The notes beneath the pieces were generated by a model. It saw nothing but the letters and a program-made list of their open reading frames with translations, made no database searches and was not told the origin of the DNA. Below, piece by piece: positions 31,128 to 32,000 of a stretch of DNA of 32,000 bases. Location of the stretch: sequence record OZ374907.1, one strand, 5' to 3'. Position numbers and translations under genes: made by a program. Every line of letters starts with the position of its first letter. The first letter of the stretch is position 1.

Positions 31128-31182
31128 AAGCCTAAATAAGCTATAATTTATAGAAAAACCTGGTTATAGCTTATTTAGGCTT
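31128..31182 (-). terminator. 19-bp perfect inverted repeat after rps18
   Basis: aagcctaaataagctataa (31128-31146) and ttatagcttatttaggctt (31164-31182) are exact reverse complements separated by 17 nt. It lies 22 nt beyond the rps18 stop on the minus strand. Confidence 0.7.
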
Positions 31183-31203
31183 AATTAGTAAGATTTACGA
31201 TTA

Positions 31204-31395
31204 CTATAATTTCTGAACAAAAGGTAATAAAGCAAGAATACGGGCACGTTTAATAGAACGAGCTAATTTTGCTTGTTGAAGTACAGGTACTTGAATAACA
31301 CGACGTGGTAAAATTCGTCCATCCGAACCAATACAACGACGTAAGAGACGAACACTCTTATAATCCACAGATTGGGCTGATAATTTTTTTTCCAT
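31204..31395 (-). CDS. rps18: Ribosomal protein S18 (short, 63 aa)
   Basis: VDYKSVRLLRRCIGSDGRILPRRVIQVPVLQQAKLARSIKRARILALLPF matches the bS18 core (IDYKN..LL..FI...GKIL.RR.T.L..KQQR....AIK.AR.L.LLPF). Confidence 0.92.
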   Translation of the reverse strand: MEKKLSAQSVDYKSVRLLRRCIGSDGRILPRRVIQVPVLQQAKLARSIKRARILALLPFVQKL

Positions 31396-31453
31396 TATGA
31401 AACTGAATTGTGATTACACAAATATCCAAGGTTTAAAAGAAAGGTCTTGGACC

Positions 31454-31527
31454 GTGCGGAGGTAGGATTTGAACCTACGACCTCAAGGTTATGAGCCTTG
31501 CGAGCTTCCAGGCTGCTCTACTCCGCT
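31454..31527 (-). tRNA. trnfM(CAU): Initiator tRNA-fMet (anticodon CAU)
   Basis: Reverse complement is AGCGGAGTAGAGCAGCCTGGAAGCTCGCAAGGCTCATAACCTTGAGGTCGTAGGTTCAAATCCTACCTCCGCAC. The D and anticodon arms are near-identical to plastid trnfM, and positions 1 and 72 are unpaired (A.A), an initiator hallmark. Confidence 0.88.
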
Positions 31528-31540
31528 AATTGTTGTTATA

Positions 31541-31572
31541 TTAAGCAACATTCATTTAAGAATGTTGCTTAA
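31541..31572 (-). terminator. 13-bp perfect inverted repeat after rps14
   Basis: ttaagcaacattc-atttaa-gaatgttgcttaa lies 16 nt beyond the rps14 stop on the minus strand and 14 nt before trnfM. Confidence 0.65.
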
Positions 31573-31587
31573 AAATATTAATTATTA

Positions 31588-31890
31588 TTACCAACTTGCC
31601 TTACGTACACCAGGTAATAAGCCTTGGTGCGCCATTTCGCGAAGTACATGACGAGATAGTCCAAAGTAACGATATACGGCTTTAGGTCTGCCAGATACGT
31701 TACAACGTCGGTGTAAACGAACAGCTGAACTATTACGAGGTAATTTTTGTAACTGTTGTTGAAGAACAAATTTTTCTTCAAAAGACTCTGTTGTTTTTAA
31801 CGCTTGCTGTAAATTTGCACGTTTTTCGTGAAATTTTGCAACCAATTTTTGGCGCTTACGCTCACGTTCTACCATTGATTTTTTTGCCAT
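31588..31890 (-). CDS. rps14: Ribosomal protein S14
   Basis: [20 protein letters not shown] at the N-terminus and [43 protein letters not shown] at the C-terminus are the uS14 signature. Confidence 0.96.
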   Translation of the reverse strand: MAKKSMVERERKRQKLVAKFHEKRANLQQALKTTESFEEKFVLQQQLQKLPRNSSAVRLHRRCNVSGRPKAVYRYFGLSRHVLREMAHQGLLPGVRKASW

Positions 31891-32000
31891 AGAATTGCAA
31901 AGTTTGATTTAATAGAAAGTTTTTAACGGGCTTTAGTTGCAAGACAATATGTGAGTTCTGTTAAAATATAATCTAAAGAAGCTGCACTATCATCATTTGC

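Noticed and set aside
31923-32000. Minus-strand open frame entering from the right edge (..ANDDSAASLDYILTELTYCLATKAR-stop). The A-N-D-D start briefly suggested a tmRNA tag or the 3' end of a gene.
   Set aside because: Only 25 codons are visible, which is not significant in this composition. There is no tRNA-like T-arm or acceptor downstream, as ssrA would require, and the peptide does not end in the hydrophobic ..AA typical of tags. A gene 3' end cannot be assigned without sequence beyond the window.

Overview
This window is a gene-dense, intron-free segment of a green-lineage (chlorophyte or prasinophyte-like) chloroplast genome, not a bacterial accessory region. The assignment rests on several direct observations. 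rbcL is the green-type form IB and has no adjacent rbcS. chlL, chlN, tufA, infA, rpl5 and rpl19 are plastid-encoded. psbD and psbC overlap in the classic way. The plastid S10-spc-alpha ribosomal cluster (rpl23 to rpoA) is present. There are two giant ORFs of the ycf1 and ftsH/ycf2 kind. I can support 27 protein genes (two found by hand below the ORF-track cut-off: rpl36 and psbI), 17 tRNA genes, and two structured RNA genes that an ORF track cannot show. The first is an RNase P RNA (rnpB) immediately after ycf4. The second is a small SRP/4.5S-like RNA (ffs) embedded in a tRNA cluster. There is also a set of inverted repeats just downstream of genes. I see no rRNA, CRISPR array, transposase or integrase, intron, or defence-like module. 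I do not see a genuinely undescribed multi-gene system here. The points most worth a second look are: the two plastid ncRNAs; the 2397-aa FtsH-derived protein whose ATPase and protease catalytic motifs are all substituted; the unassignable ~1600-aa N-terminal part of that protein; the weakly assignable 1401-aa ycf1-like ORF; loss of rpl22 from the ribosomal cluster; trnI(GAU) and trnA(UGC) lying outside any rRNA operon; a short, divergent rpoA; and a GTG start on psbD. Many long ORFs antisense to rbcL, psbC, psbD and tufA, or running across tRNA clusters, are artefacts. Species identity cannot be established without a database search.
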